A stretch of 64,000 nucleotides of DNA, taken from an uncultured Candidatus Saccharibacteria bacterium. Its GTDB lineage: Bacteria > Patescibacteriota > Saccharimonadia > Saccharimonadales > AWTP1-31. Below the pieces are notes generated by a model. It made no database searches. It was not told the origin of the DNA and saw only the letters and a list, made by a program, of their open reading frames with translations. The stretch is taken from the NCBI GenBank assembly GCA_964643545.1, contig CAZXTE010000002.1:18587-82586 (forward strand). The letters run 5' to 3'. Both the position numbers and the translations under genes were made by a program. Shown one piece after another: positions 57,155-64,000 of this stretch (positions are counted from its first letter, which is position 1; each line of letters begins with the position of its first letter).

Positions 57155-57815
57155 AAATGTAGGCGCGATCATCTGGGACCTGGACGGCACATTGTAGGAC
57201 AGCTTCCAGCTATTTTTTGATGTTGTTGCTGAGATTGCTGCCGAAAGTGGGCTAACGATGCCGAGTAGAGAAGTGGTTTTGCATAACTTCCACGGATCGC
57301 TAGAGGAGTCTATAGAAGCAACATTGGGCATAGGCTCTGCAAAAGAACTTACTGAAATCGTTGATCGATTTTTGGTAAAGCAGGATGTTCGATATCAAAA
57401 TTTGGATGGCCATTTATTTAATGATGCAGTAAAACTTGCTGTGAAAGCAGCAGAACGGGGAGTTGTGCAGCTTCTGCTAACAAATCGCGCCCACGAAAAA
57501 CGTGGACACGGTAGTCCACGAGCAATTGTTGCGGCATCGGTTTTAGCAGATTGCATTCATGAGATACGCTGCGGAGACGAGCTTGTTTACAAAAAGCCAT
57601 CTGCACATGCTGCACTCGATTGGCTAGAGAAACACAAACTCAAACCATCAGAAGTTATTGTTATCGGCGACCAGAACGTAGACGCAGTGCTAGCTGACAA
57701 TCTAGGCGTCAGAGCAATTTTAGTAAAAAGGCATGACTTCATACCACATTACTCAGACAAAGACTCAAAGAATACGCACACTATTGTGAGCGATCTCCAC
57801 AACTTAGAGTTCTAA
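57144..57815 (+). pseudogene. HAD-superfamily phosphatase (PGP/beta-PGM-like) interrupted by an in-frame TAG at 57195-57197
   Basis: From ATG 57144 the reading is MKLRNVGAIIWDLDGTL-TAG-DSFQLFF..., in the same frame as the 57258 ORF. The stop sits inside motif I (DxDGTLxDS). Later motifs are LLTN, KKPS and IGDQNVD. Confidence 0.65.
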
Positions 57816-57821
57816 TAATGA

Positions 57822-58442
57822 CTAACGAGTGTTTGTGGGCCCGCCGTTCGTTTGCGAAAGTGTCTGAGAACCGACACGTAAAGCTAGACCAGTGTGTAGT
57901 GCTGCTCCTACAGTATCAAGACCTGGGTATTTAACAGACAGGGGGGTAACTACCATTGTTATGAGTGAGCCTGGAAGATCAACCTCGACTACATGCCGCC
58001 AGCTATCGCGTGCATCATCATGATCTTTCTTGCTGTGGAGCACAGCGGTTGCAGCAACGTTAGCTGAAGCTGCAAGTACACCAATCCAAGCAGCTGCTGG
58101 GTCGGGACGATGATCGTCTTCAGTCAGGTTAGAGGTTATCTCGTACCCCCCAAATAGAACCGAGGCCGTCATAAGCAGGCCTGCACCCCAACGCCGTAAA
58201 CGCAACTTACGCTGCGGGTCTTTTTCCCCTGCGGCCAATCGTTTTACAGCGTATAAGCCGCCATCTGCTTCGTCATGCGTGCCGGCCATGGTTATAGTCG
58301 CACTGTTTGTTGCAAGACCAGCAGCAATCTCGACCGCTCCAATTATAAAATTTAATCCCGAAATTCCGGAGATTCGACGCAGTAATCCTGGGTCATCATG
58401 CGCTATCTCATTATGGTGATTATGGTCATGATTGTGAGCCAT
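57822..58442 (-). CDS. His-rich membrane protein, cation diffusion facilitator TMD-like
   Basis: N-terminus MAHNHDHNHHNE. TM segments carry HDEAD and HVVEVD-type polar pairs reminiscent of CDF metal sites. There is no cytoplasmic CTD. Confidence 0.45.
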   Translation of the reverse strand: MAHNHDHNHHNEIAHDDPGLLRRISGISGLNFIIGAVEIAAGLATNSATITMAGTHDEADGGLYAVKRLAAGEKDPQRKLRLRRWGAGLLMTASVLFGGYEITSNLTEDDHRPDPAAAWIGVLAASANVAATAVLHSKKDHDDARDSWRHVVEVDLPGSLITMVVTPLSVKYPGLDTVGAALHTGLALRVGSQTLSQTNGGPTNTR

Positions 58443-58547
58443 CGGTATATAGTGCCACAACAGTAGTTAACAACCAAAAGCGCAAACGAAGTGCTATCAT
58501 TAGTGCAGATTGGTAATCCTGCATGCAGAGAATGGAGAGAACAGTAG

Positions 58548-59099
58548 ATGAGGCGGTTTAAAAATAAGAAGCCCTTGGGCAACTATGCTTTTATAGATAA
58601 TCAAAACTTAAACTTGGGTGTGCGAAAACTTGGCTGGAAAATGGATTGGCGTAAGTTTCGTAAACTGCTGGAAGAGAAGTATGGTGTCACTAAAGCATTT
58701 ATGTTTATTGGGCATATGCCTGAACATGAGGATATGTATATTAAGTTGCACGAAACGGGTTACTTGATCGTTCTAAAACCAACATCTGACTTAACGCGTC
58801 CCCAGATAGAGCAGAAAGTTGAGCAACCAGAGGCTGAAAAGAAGCCAATCAAAGGGAATGTTGATGTGGAGTTAGTGCTTTGGGCAGTGAAGGAGATAGA
58901 TAACTACGATAAAGCAGTTATTATTTCTGGAGATGGTGACTTTTATAGTTTGGTTGAATACTTAGACGAAAAGGGTAAACTTCTGAAGCTTCTCGCACCC
59001 AACGGACATTACTCACGACTCTACAACAAGTATGACAAGTATGTTGACCGTATAGATAAAATGCGTGGTCAGCTTGCATATTTGTTTGATAAAAAATAG
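58548..59099 (+). CDS. NYN/LabA-like (PIN-related) domain protein
   Basis: YAFIDNQNLNLG ... VIISGDGDFYSLVEYL is the typical NYN acidic signature. Confidence 0.7.
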   Translation: MRRFKNKKPLGNYAFIDNQNLNLGVRKLGWKMDWRKFRKLLEEKYGVTKAFMFIGHMPEHEDMYIKLHETGYLIVLKPTSDLTRPQIEQKVEQPEAEKKPIKGNVDVELVLWAVKEIDNYDKAVIISGDGDFYSLVEYLDEKGKLLKLLAPNGHYSRLYNKYDKYVDRIDKMRGQLAYLFDKK

Positions 59100-59109
59100 A
59101 GGCTTAGAT

Positions 59110-59691
59110 ATGGTAACGAAACATACTCTTGAACGAAGACAATTCGGCGACCCAATTTTGCGCAAGAAAGCGCGAAGGGTCACCAAGGCCGAAATTACCT
59201 CCGAAAAAATACAAACATTAATTACTGACATGCAACATACGCTCAAATCTCTGAAGCTGGGAGTGGGCTTAGCTGCGCCCCAGGTTGGGGTATCACTACA
59301 ACTTGCAGTTATCTGCATTCAGCCGACGGCTCATCGTCCAGATGTTACGCCATTTGAAGAGGTGCTTATTAACCCGGTTATCACTGAAAAGAGCAAAGGG
59401 ACGGCGCTCTTGTGGGAAGGTTGTATCAGCAGTGGAGACGGCGATGTTGGCCTATTTGCGAAAGTGTCGCGACATAAAGAAATAAACGTGACCTATCAAG
59501 CTGCAGATGGCACCACACGCAAACGAGCATTTTCGGGGTTACAGGCACAAGTCATTCAGCACGAAGTTGATCATTTGCACGGAGCTTTGTTCGTTGACCG
59601 GGTCGAGGACACGTCGTCATATATGACCTATGCAGAATATATAAAGCGGATTCGTTCTAAGACAACAACAGCCACGCGAGATAGCGTATAA
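59110..59691 (+). CDS. def: Peptide deformylase
   Basis: GVGLAAPQVG, EGCIS and QHEVDHLHG motifs. Confidence 0.9.
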   Translation: MVTKHTLERRQFGDPILRKKARRVTKAEITSEKIQTLITDMQHTLKSLKLGVGLAAPQVGVSLQLAVICIQPTAHRPDVTPFEEVLINPVITEKSKGTALLWEGCISSGDGDVGLFAKVSRHKEINVTYQAADGTTRKRAFSGLQAQVIQHEVDHLHGALFVDRVEDTSSYMTYAEYIKRIRSKTTTATRDSV

Positions 59692-59700
59692 TATCTTCTA

Positions 59701-60975
59701 ATGAGCAAAAGCATTTTCCCAAAGGACTTTTTTTGGGGGGTAAGCACGGCCAGTCACCAAGTAGAGGGTGGTACAGAGAACCAGTGGAGTACGTGGGAAT
59801 TGGCGCATGCAAAGGAGCTTGCCAAGAGTGCCGAGCAGCGACTGGGCATGTTGCCAATTTGGGATGAGATAAAAGCAGAGGCTCAAGATCCACAGAATTA
59901 TGTTTCTGGAAAAGGTGTCGAACACTACAAACGATACAAAGAGGACTTCGCTATTGTGGAAAAGCTTGGCCTTAACGCCTTCCGTTTTGGAATCGAGTGG
60001 TCACGTGTTCAGCCCGAAGAAGGTACATGGGACGACAAGGCATTGGAACATTATCGTGATTACATTGCAGAACTTCAAGCTCGCGATATTGAGCCCTTTG
60101 TCAATCTATGGCACTGGACTATGCCAACGTGGTTTACAGACAAGGGTGGATTTAAGTACAGAAAAAACCTCTCGTGTTGGCGCAAATTTGTTCAGAAGAT
60201 ATCCGACGAATTTGGAAGCGATATTCGCTACGTAATTACCATAAACGAACCAAATGTCTATGCTAGTTTTAGTTACGCTACTGGCGAGTGGCCACCACAG
60301 GAAAAAAACTGGTTGAATGCATCACGGGTTATATGGAATCTGGTGTTGGCTCACAAAATTGCATACAAAACGCTCAAGAAAGATCATCCGCATTTGTCGA
60401 TTGGCATTGCTGCCCAACTTGCAAATATTCAGGCAAAGCGACCGCACAATTTTATAGATGAGCTTATGACGAAATGGATGCGCATGTTCTGGAACTGGTG
60501 GTTTATGAATCGCATTCGCAAACAACAAGATTTTGTAGGTTTCAATTATTACTTCAGTGATTACTATAAATATTTTCACAGAGATAATCCTGGGCAACCA
60601 CAGAACGACCTGGGCTGGTATATGGAACCCGAAGGACTGTACCCACTATTATTGCGCGCCTGGTCACACTACAAGAAACCAATCTTTATTACCGAGAATG
60701 GTGTCGCTGATAGGACCGATCAATACCGACAATGGTGGCTAGAGGAAACAATTATTGCCATGGAGCGTGCATTGAGCGAAGGAATTGATGTACGCGGATA
60801 CTTCCACTGGAGCCTGCTCGATAATTTCGAATGGAAATACGGTTGGTGGCCTAAGTTTGGACTGGTAGAGGTAGATAGAGAACACGATATGAAACGCACG
60901 ATCCGCCCCAGTGGCCGTTGGCTTGCTAGGAAAATACAAGCCATGAAACATGGCTCGCCACCAACAAAAGAGTGA
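59701..60975 (+). CDS. Glycoside hydrolase family 1 beta-glucosidase
   Basis: FPKDFFWGVSTASHQVEG, TINEPN (acid/base Glu), ITENG (nucleophile Glu). Confidence 0.9.
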   Translation: MSKSIFPKDFFWGVSTASHQVEGGTENQWSTWELAHAKELAKSAEQRLGMLPIWDEIKAEAQDPQNYVSGKGVEHYKRYKEDFAIVEKLGLNAFRFGIEWSRVQPEEGTWDDKALEHYRDYIAELQARDIEPFVNLWHWTMPTWFTDKGGFKYRKNLSCWRKFVQKISDEFGSDIRYVITINEPNVYASFSYATGEWPPQEKNWLNASRVIWNLVLAHKIAYKTLKKDHPHLSIGIAAQLANIQAKRPHNFIDELMTKWMRMFWNWWFMNRIRKQQDFVGFNYYFSDYYKYFHRDNPGQPQNDLGWYMEPEGLYPLLLRAWSHYKKPIFITENGVADRTDQYRQWWLEETIIAMERALSEGIDVRGYFHWSLLDNFEWKYGWWPKFGLVEVDREHDMKRTIRPSGRWLARKIQAMKHGSPPTKE

Positions 60976-60986
60976 AACAAACAAAC

Positions 60987-61015
60987 TTGACAATAACGCT
61001 AATGTTTGCTATAGT
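60987..61015 (+). promoter_or_regulatory. Consensus-like promoter of leaderless ORF 61023
   Basis: TTGACA 60987-60992, 17 nt, TGcTATAGT (-10 at 61010-61015), then 7 nt to the ATG. Confidence 0.6.
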
Positions 61016-61022
61016 GTGAAGC

Positions 61023-61388
61023 ATGTCAGATCAACACACTTTTCTAGGGCTACCAGAGCCAACACACAGACCAGTCGACCGAGTAATTGCTGATGCAGAA
61101 GCAAAGCGCGTTGCATCACGTGAAGCAGCAGGGCGTACGCGTGCAAAAATAGGTAAAGCAGCAATCGCATTATTTGCGGTGACAAATCCAGTCGTCCCAC
61201 GTGTAGCTGTCGGTACGGCGCATACAGTAGTTGAAGCTGTACAAGACTTTAATCAGAGACTAGACAACGACCGTATGTTCCATACAGGTGAAGAGGGCAG
61301 CCAGCCAGATGCACAGCAGCAAGGTGTAGATCAGCAGGCTCAAACACACAATGTTCAACCAGCGGCACAAGAACAGCACGGCAACTAA
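61023..61388 (+). CDS. Hypothetical protein (121 aa), Gln-rich C-terminus
   Basis: A strong promoter upstream and a strong terminator downstream. No motif recognised. Confidence 0.5.
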   Translation: MSDQHTFLGLPEPTHRPVDRVIADAEAKRVASREAAGRTRAKIGKAAIALFAVTNPVVPRVAVGTAHTVVEAVQDFNQRLDNDRMFHTGEEGSQPDAQQQGVDQQAQTHNVQPAAQEQHGN

Positions 61389-61410
61389 GTAGCGTAGCGT
61401 TAACATAGTT

Positions 61411-61440
61411 ATCCACCACATGTTGTGTGGTGGATTTTTT
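61411..61440 (+). terminator. Intrinsic terminator
   Basis: TCCACCACA TGTT GTGTGGTGGA followed by TTTTTT. Confidence 0.8.
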
Positions 61441-61452
61441 ATTACTATTTCT

Positions 61453-61541
61453 GTGGATAAGTTTAAGCACTTTCTCTATAAAACGCTTGCTAGTGGGTAA
61501 GGGTGGGTAGTATATTCATGTAAGTGGGTAATCGTGGGTAG
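61453..61541 (+). promoter_or_regulatory. mraZ promoter with phased GTGGGTA direct repeats (putative MraZ operator)
   Basis: GTGGGTAA 61493, GTGGGTAG 61503, GTGGGTAA 61524, GTGGGTAG 61534, and a weaker GTGGATAA at 61453. These overlap TTGCTA 61487-61492, 18 nt, TATATT 61511-61516. Confidence 0.55.
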
Positions 61542-61612
61542 TCCAAATAGGACAAACCGAGTAACCGCGGCACATAAAACAAAAACAACTAAATAACACG
61601 TGGAAAGGTGAG

Positions 61613-61975
61613 ATGACAGCGGTCGACTATTTCGAACGTAAACTCGACGATAAACGCCGGTTAACTATTCCGGTTGAGCTTCGTGCTGAGTTTGCGAGTG
61701 GTGTAGTTGTAACCCGTGGATTCTCTGATTATCTACATGTGTATCCCAAGACGGTATGGGACGAGCAGGTTGAACCGAAGCTGAAAGGGAATATCCTTGA
61801 CCAGCAGACGGCCGATCTGAACGTGCAATTCCGCATGGGTAAAAGTGATAGCCCCCTTGATCAAAAACAAGGACGGATTACGCTCGAGCAACATTTGCTC
61901 GAATATGCGGGAATCGACAGGGCAGTTGTAGCAGTGCGTGCTGGGCAATATTGGCGTTTGATGGCTGCAAAGTAA
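61613..61975 (+). CDS. mraZ: Transcriptional regulator MraZ
   Basis: Two SpoVT/AbrB-like halves with LDDKRRLTIPVELR and LDQKQGRITLEQHL (DxxxR-type motifs). It is the first gene of the dcw-type cluster. Confidence 0.85.
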   Translation: MTAVDYFERKLDDKRRLTIPVELRAEFASGVVVTRGFSDYLHVYPKTVWDEQVEPKLKGNILDQQTADLNVQFRMGKSDSPLDQKQGRITLEQHLLEYAGIDRAVVAVRAGQYWRLMAAK

Positions 61976-62309
61976 TCGAAGCGCTCACCAGCAAAAAGTA
62001 CATTAACAATTCGGCGAACAGATAATCGACTCGAGATTAGCTAATCGGCAGTCAGTAAGTGGACATGGGGCACCACTCTAAAAACCCTCGCACATTTCTC
62101 AAAAAAAACACCTCCCAAAACTCCACCTCACACATAAGTCTCTCAATTGGTTTAAGACGAAAGTAGCGTTATATAGGGAAACCTACACATAACAACTACC
62201 TTCACTAGTCTAAAACCAACAACAAAAACAAAAACTACGTAAAAATAAACAACTGGCTGCTGATTAGGTGATCTTGCAAAAACAAAAACAAGAAAGAGTA
62301 CACCAAACA

Positions 62310-63206
62310 ATGAATCAAAAACAACATGTACCTGTGTTGCTTCGAGAAGTGCTGGAATACCTAGACCCGAAACCGGGCAAGATGTATCTTGACCTGACAG
62401 CAGGGTATGGTGGGCACGCACAAGCAATCGAAGCGCACACCAATGGGTGGCCGATGGTTTTAGTAGATCGTGACCAGATGGCAGTAAGCTATTTGCAGCA
62501 ACGATTTACAGCAGCCAATACGGAAATCCGATGGCAAGACTTTCTGACCGCAAGCCAGGATTTACTGGCAGAGGGTAGATTGTTTGATATGATTCTGGCA
62601 GATCTTGGTGTATCGTCACCGCACCTTAACACGGCGAGTCGAGGATTTTCTCATCAACAAGATGGGCCCTTAGACATGCGTATGGATCAGCGTCAAGAAT
62701 TGACAGCAGAAACCATTGTCAATACATATGGCGAACAGGAACTTTCGCACATACTCAAAGAGTATGGGGAAGAGCCAAAAGCAAAACGTATTGCCAGGGC
62801 CATTGTCGAGAACAGGCCGTTCCGGACAACAACGGAGTTGGCAGCTGTAATCAGTAAGCAATGGAAGGGTTACAGTAAAGTACATCCCGCAACCCGGACG
62901 TTTCAAGCGCTTAGAATTGAGGTCAACAACGAGCTTCACTTATTGCGGCACGCATTGCCTGTATGGCTCAAGCTTCTGAAACCGGGCGGCAGGTTGGCAA
63001 TAATTAGCTTTCATAGCCTGGAGGACCGCGAGGTCAAGCAAGTGTTTAAATCATTTGCAGGCGGCTACTACGATGCGGAACTTGAGATACTGACCAAACG
63101 ACCGGTCGTCGCCGATAACCATGAAATTGTAATTAATCCGCGTTCACGTAGTGCAAAATTACGTGTCGCAGCGAAAATAAAAAACAAAAAGAAAGGGAGG
63201 ATTTAA
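62310..63206 (+). CDS. rsmH: 16S rRNA (cytosine1402-N4)-methyltransferase RsmH/MraW
   Basis: HVPVLLREVLEYL, DLTAGYGGHA, DLGVSSPHL, SFHSLEDR. Confidence 0.9.
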   Translation: MNQKQHVPVLLREVLEYLDPKPGKMYLDLTAGYGGHAQAIEAHTNGWPMVLVDRDQMAVSYLQQRFTAANTEIRWQDFLTASQDLLAEGRLFDMILADLGVSSPHLNTASRGFSHQQDGPLDMRMDQRQELTAETIVNTYGEQELSHILKEYGEEPKAKRIARAIVENRPFRTTTELAAVISKQWKGYSKVHPATRTFQALRIEVNNELHLLRHALPVWLKLLKPGGRLAIISFHSLEDREVKQVFKSFAGGYYDAELEILTKRPVVADNHEIVINPRSRSAKLRVAAKIKNKKKGRI

Positions 63207-63272
63207 TGCCAATACAGGTAAAAAGTACATCCCGCGCTTACAAGGTACGAGTTAGAGTACTATAAGCAAACC

Positions 63273-63294
63273 GGCGGCTAGGAAACTAGCCGCC
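63273..63294 (+). other. 9-bp GC-rich hairpin with a GAAA tetraloop between rsmH and ftsL
   Basis: GGCGGCTAG GAAA CTAGCCGCC. There is no T-tract after it. Confidence 0.6.
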
Positions 63295-63326
63295 ACCAAA
63301 CACAAAAACATAAACAAAGAATTAGC

Positions 63327-63674
63327 ATGACATACTCAAGTTCGTTAGCAATGAACCGGCGTCAATTTGCCGGTAGGAATCAGAATACAACCTCTTTTCG
63401 AGGCAGGGAACAAACCCTAGGACCAATCAGTAATACTATTATGCTTATTGTTCTGGCATGCATTCTTGGTTTGATCTACTTGACCCAAGTCACAAAAACA
63501 AATGCTTATGGGTATCAAATTGATAAACTCACTAAAGAGCAGACCAGCTTGCAACAAGAGAACGACGACTTACAGGTAGCAGCAGCACGTCTTCAGAGTC
63601 TTGATCGTGTGAAGAACAGCGATGAAGCCAAGAAACTTGTTTCTGTAGCGCCGAGCGCAACACTACAAAACTAA
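63327..63674 (+). CDS. ftsL: FtsL-like cell division protein (bitopic, coiled coil)
   Basis: Single TM helix (IMLIVLACILGLIYL) followed by a heptad-like segment. Positioned between rsmH and the PBP gene. Confidence 0.5.
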   Translation: MTYSSSLAMNRRQFAGRNQNTTSFRGREQTLGPISNTIMLIVLACILGLIYLTQVTKTNAYGYQIDKLTKEQTSLQQENDDLQVAAARLQSLDRVKNSDEAKKLVSVAPSATLQN

Positions 63675-63692
63675 GATTATTCAGTAAGGCCT

Positions 63693-64000
63693 ATGTACAC
63701 ACGTCAGTCGGACAGACCTGCTATAAACGCATCATATTTGCACCCAGGCCAACGGGTGCGTATTTGGTATGCAGCCCTTGTAGCGGTTATGTTGCTATTT
63801 GGTGTTCGGCTTTTTTACCTCCAGATAATTCGGCATGATCATTATAAAAAAGCAGCGTTAACGGGGCAATTGAAGCAGTATGAGGTTCCAGCTGAACGTG
63901 GAGTGATTGAGGCCCAGGATGGCGATCGGGTTGTCCCGCTCGTATTAAATGAAAAACGCTATACGCTGTTCGCCGACCCAAAATTTATACAAAATGTCGA
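63693..64000 (+). CDS. ftsI: Penicillin-binding protein (FtsI/PBP2-type transpeptidase), N-terminal 102 codons; runs off the window
   Basis: My own translation gives MYTRQSDRP...IWYAALVAVMLLFGVRLFYLQIIRHDHYKKAA...VPAERGVIEAQDG. This is the typical PBP dimerisation-domain start. It is open to the window end and absent from the ORF track because there is no stop. Confidence 0.7.
   Translation, partial: MYTRQSDRPAINASYLHPGQRVRIWYAALVAVMLLFGVRLFYLQIIRHDHYKKAALTGQLKQYEVPAERGVIEAQDGDRVVPLVLNEKRYTLFADPKFIQNV

Noticed and set aside
62065-62166. 33-codon ORF (MGHHSKNPRTFLKKNTSQNSTSHISLSIGLRRK) in the mraZ-rsmH spacer.
   Set aside because: It has no SD and no -10 box at the leaderless distance. Its low-complexity sequence follows the A/C-rich composition, so it is probably fortuitous.

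Overview
The window is a gene-dense (about 90% coding), roughly 48% GC bacterial chromosome segment. It is dominated by housekeeping genes. These include translation (ileS, proS, class I lysK, serS, glyQS, prfA, prfB, frr, tsf, rpsB, rplU, rpmA, rpmE, hpf, def), secretion and envelope (secA, lepB, sortase, rseP, htrA, ctpA, uppS), and division (parAB, ftsEX plus a PcsB-like CHAP hydrolase, and mraZ-rsmH-ftsL-ftsI). DNA and nucleotide genes (nrdJ, pyrG, xseAB, recO) are also present. No rRNA, tRNA, CRISPR array or transposase was recognised. TGA is used as a stop and both RF1 and RF2 are present, so the code is standard. The gene content (class I LysRS, a ProRS without the INS domain, sortase, heliorhodopsin, small proteins, tight operons) suggests a reduced-genome monoderm-like Patescibacteria/CPR organism, possibly Saccharibacteria-like. 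That taxonomic call is inference only. The most notable observations are:
- A candidate leader-peptide transcription attenuator with Pro codons upstream of proB-proS.
- A pervasive leaderless promoter layout: a -10 box sits 6-8 nt before the ATG of first genes, while internal operon genes use Shine-Dalgarno sites.
- A 1334-aa orphan protein with three near-identical 261-bp repeats and a C-terminal two-dinucleotide-binding flavoenzyme-like region.
- A heliorhodopsin gene divergent from a sortase gene.
- A histidine-kinase-like / receiver-like pair with Glu at both phosphorylation positions.
- A phased GTGGGTA operator array at the mraZ promoter.
- An in-frame amber codon inside motif I of a HAD phosphatase gene.
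- An island of three unrecognisable genes, each with its own promoter.
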